64,000 bases of DNA from Fluviicola sp. (GTDB lineage Bacteria; Bacteroidota; Bacteroidia; Flavobacteriales_D; Crocinitomicaceae): contig JBMLQF010000196.1 in assembly GCA_049241705.1 (NCBI GenBank), positions 17,946 to 81,945 on the forward strand, in the 5' to 3' direction. The position numbers and the translations under genes are program-made. A model generated the notes under the pieces. It had not been told where the DNA came from. It did not search any database and saw only the letters and a list, made by a program, of their open reading frames with translations. How positions within the stretch are numbered: position 1 is the stretch's first letter; each line of letters starts with the position of its first letter. This document shows, piece by piece, positions 63,301-64,000 of the stretch.

Positions 63301-64000
63301 TGCGCCCGGTGTTGATGACTGCCATGGTTGCATCCTTTGGCTTCTTACCAATGGCCTTGTCTACCGGAAGTGGAGCTGAAGTTCAGAAACCATTAGCGAC
63401 TGTAGTGATCGGAGGATTGGTCACAGCCACCTTCCTTACCTTGTTCTTATTACCAATCATGTATAGTTTGATAACCAAAAAAGGAATGATCTCTTCCAAG
63501 AAAAAACACAAGCATTTGAAAGTCATTTTACCGCTTCTGTTCTTATCAGGTTCCTTATTCGGACAAAACACGATGACCGTTGATCAGTGTGTTGAGAAGG
63601 CCTTAAAGTCAAATCCGGCAGTACTCAATGCACAATTGGGAGTTGAACAAGCAGCGTTGACTTCCCGAGCATCGGTTAGTATCCCTCAAACAGAATTGAG
63701 TGCGATGATCGGGCAGTATAATTCAGCCGTGAAGAACGACAACAATTTCTCGATCAAACAGGCAATTCCGTTTCCAACGATCTTTTCAAAAGCCAAGCGA
63801 TTCGGAAGAGAGGATGAGGCGCTCCGAAAATTACAGGCCTTGCAGATTGCTCATCAATTAGAGCTTTCTGTGCGAAGTACCTACGATTACTTGCTTTATT
63901 TAACGTTTCGTGAAAAGCATTTGGGAGAAGCGCTTACGTCCTACAAACAGGTGCAAATCATCGTGAATTTTCAAGCTTTAAATGGGGAGCGATCTGACCT
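60378..64000 (+). CDS. czcA: CzcA/CusA heavy-metal RND transporter fused to a TolC-like domain; runs off the window end
   Basis: Not in the ORF track. ATG 60378 gives MLNRII...LPVDAVPDITNNQVQ; GAIDFGLIVDGAV and RLRPVLMTAMVASFGFLPMAL are present. After the last TM the frame continues into MTVDQCVEKALKSNP (TolC-like) and stays open to 64000. The start, parts of the middle and 63420-64000 were translated by hand. Confidence 0.92.
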   Translation, partial: MLNRIISFSIANKLIVGIGVLGLIVWGVVSYQKLPVDAVPDITNNQVQVITTAPSSGAEDIERLVTYPIEQTMATIPGIEEIRSFSRFGLSVVTIVFSDETDVYWARDQVNQRLVEAKNVIPPGIGEPTMAPVSTGLGEIFQYIIKPKKGYEKTYDATELRTIQDWIVRRQLLGTPGVADVSGFGGKLKQYEVAVRTADLQRFNIHLQDLFDALEKNNSNTGGSYLTRSGTTFYIRSEGLTRTIADIEAIPLVTRDQYPVLVKDVATVKIGSAIRYGALTNADQGEAVGGIVLMLKDANASSVIVDVKERMAQIENTLPEGVEIEVYLDRTKLVDRAINTVSTNLIEGALIVIFILVLLLGNIRAGLIVASVIPLSMLFAISLMNVFGVSGNLMSLGAIDFGLIVDGAVIIVEATLHHLVARRNKNVLTQKELDQDVERSAKGIMKSAAFGEIIILIVYLPLLTLVGIEGKMFAPMAQTVIFAIIGAFILSLTYVPMISSLVLSKKPLKEDTFSDKLVHAIQRIYKPFFLRMIRMQKIVIISVVGLFVLAIWLFGQLGAEFIPSLDEGDFAVEMRAPTGTSLEDTRDISLRAAVCLKKNFPDEVITCVGKIGTAEIPTDPMPMEACDLMIILKDKHEWKKADNRDDLAALMQKKLEEEVLGASFGFQQPIQMRFNEMMAGAKQDVVVKIYGEDLNELMRYARQVGAIAQTIQGAADIYVEEVTGLPQIVIRYNRQAMAQYGVSVEDVNRAVNMGFAGSSAGQVYEGEKRFDLVVRLDATSRQTMEDIHSLTILNKEGQSIPIGVLAKVTEENGPNQIQRDDAKRRIIVAFNVRGRDVESIVKELQAKVGAQVKFGTGYYATYGGSYKNLEKAKERLAIAVPLALFLIIFLLFITFQDIKQAILIFTAIPLAAIGGVFALWLRDMPFSISAGVGFIALFGVAVLNGIVLVAAFNELRKRYPLSIYRVIILGTKQRLRPVLMTAMVASFGFLPMALSTGSGAEVQKPLATVVIGGLVTATFLTLFLLPIMYSLITKKGMISSKKKHKHLKVILPLLFLSGSLFGQNTMTVDQCVEKALKSNPAVLNAQLGVEQAALTSRASVSIPQTELSAMIGQYNSAVKNDNNFSIKQAIPFPTIFSKAKRFGREDEALRKLQALQIAHQLELSVRSTYDYLLYLTFREKHLGEALTSYKQVQIIVNFQALNGERSD

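Overview
Bacteroidota chromosome segment, judged from TAnnTTTG promoters, T9SS cargo proteins and the rpsU-xerC-hpf-tRNA-tuf-rpoBC gene order; a Flavobacteriales or Fluviicola-like lineage is an inference. Most of it is core: the end of an ECF sigma gene plus its partner, a sufA-B-C-D-tlyA operon, T9SS cargo and envelope genes, ribF, ddl, purM, prfA, pyrF, a scattered methionine salvage cluster (mtnB, mtnD, mtnC, mtnA), five tRNAs, tuf-secE-nusG-rplKAJL-rpoBC, and a truncated CzcA-TolC fusion at the right edge. The most unusual block lies directly downstream of rpoC on the minus strand (53331-58515). It is a five-gene, translationally coupled operon: an intact UbiA prenyltransferase, an exported QW-repeat terpene-cyclase/prenyltransferase-fold protein lacking DxDD, an unknown lipoprotein, a membrane protein containing a degenerate UbiA copy, and a Cys-rich T9SS cargo. 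Other leads are a GxxExxY gene with REP-like CTTAATG triplet repeats inside the mtn cluster, a WxPP-ending candidate metal-sensing uORF before czcA, an anti-sigma/beta-barrel protein with a 45-aa duplicated N-terminus, and a G6-tract frameshift. No CRISPR array, rRNA, IS or prophage was seen. All family assignments come from motif recognition by eye; no database searches were run.
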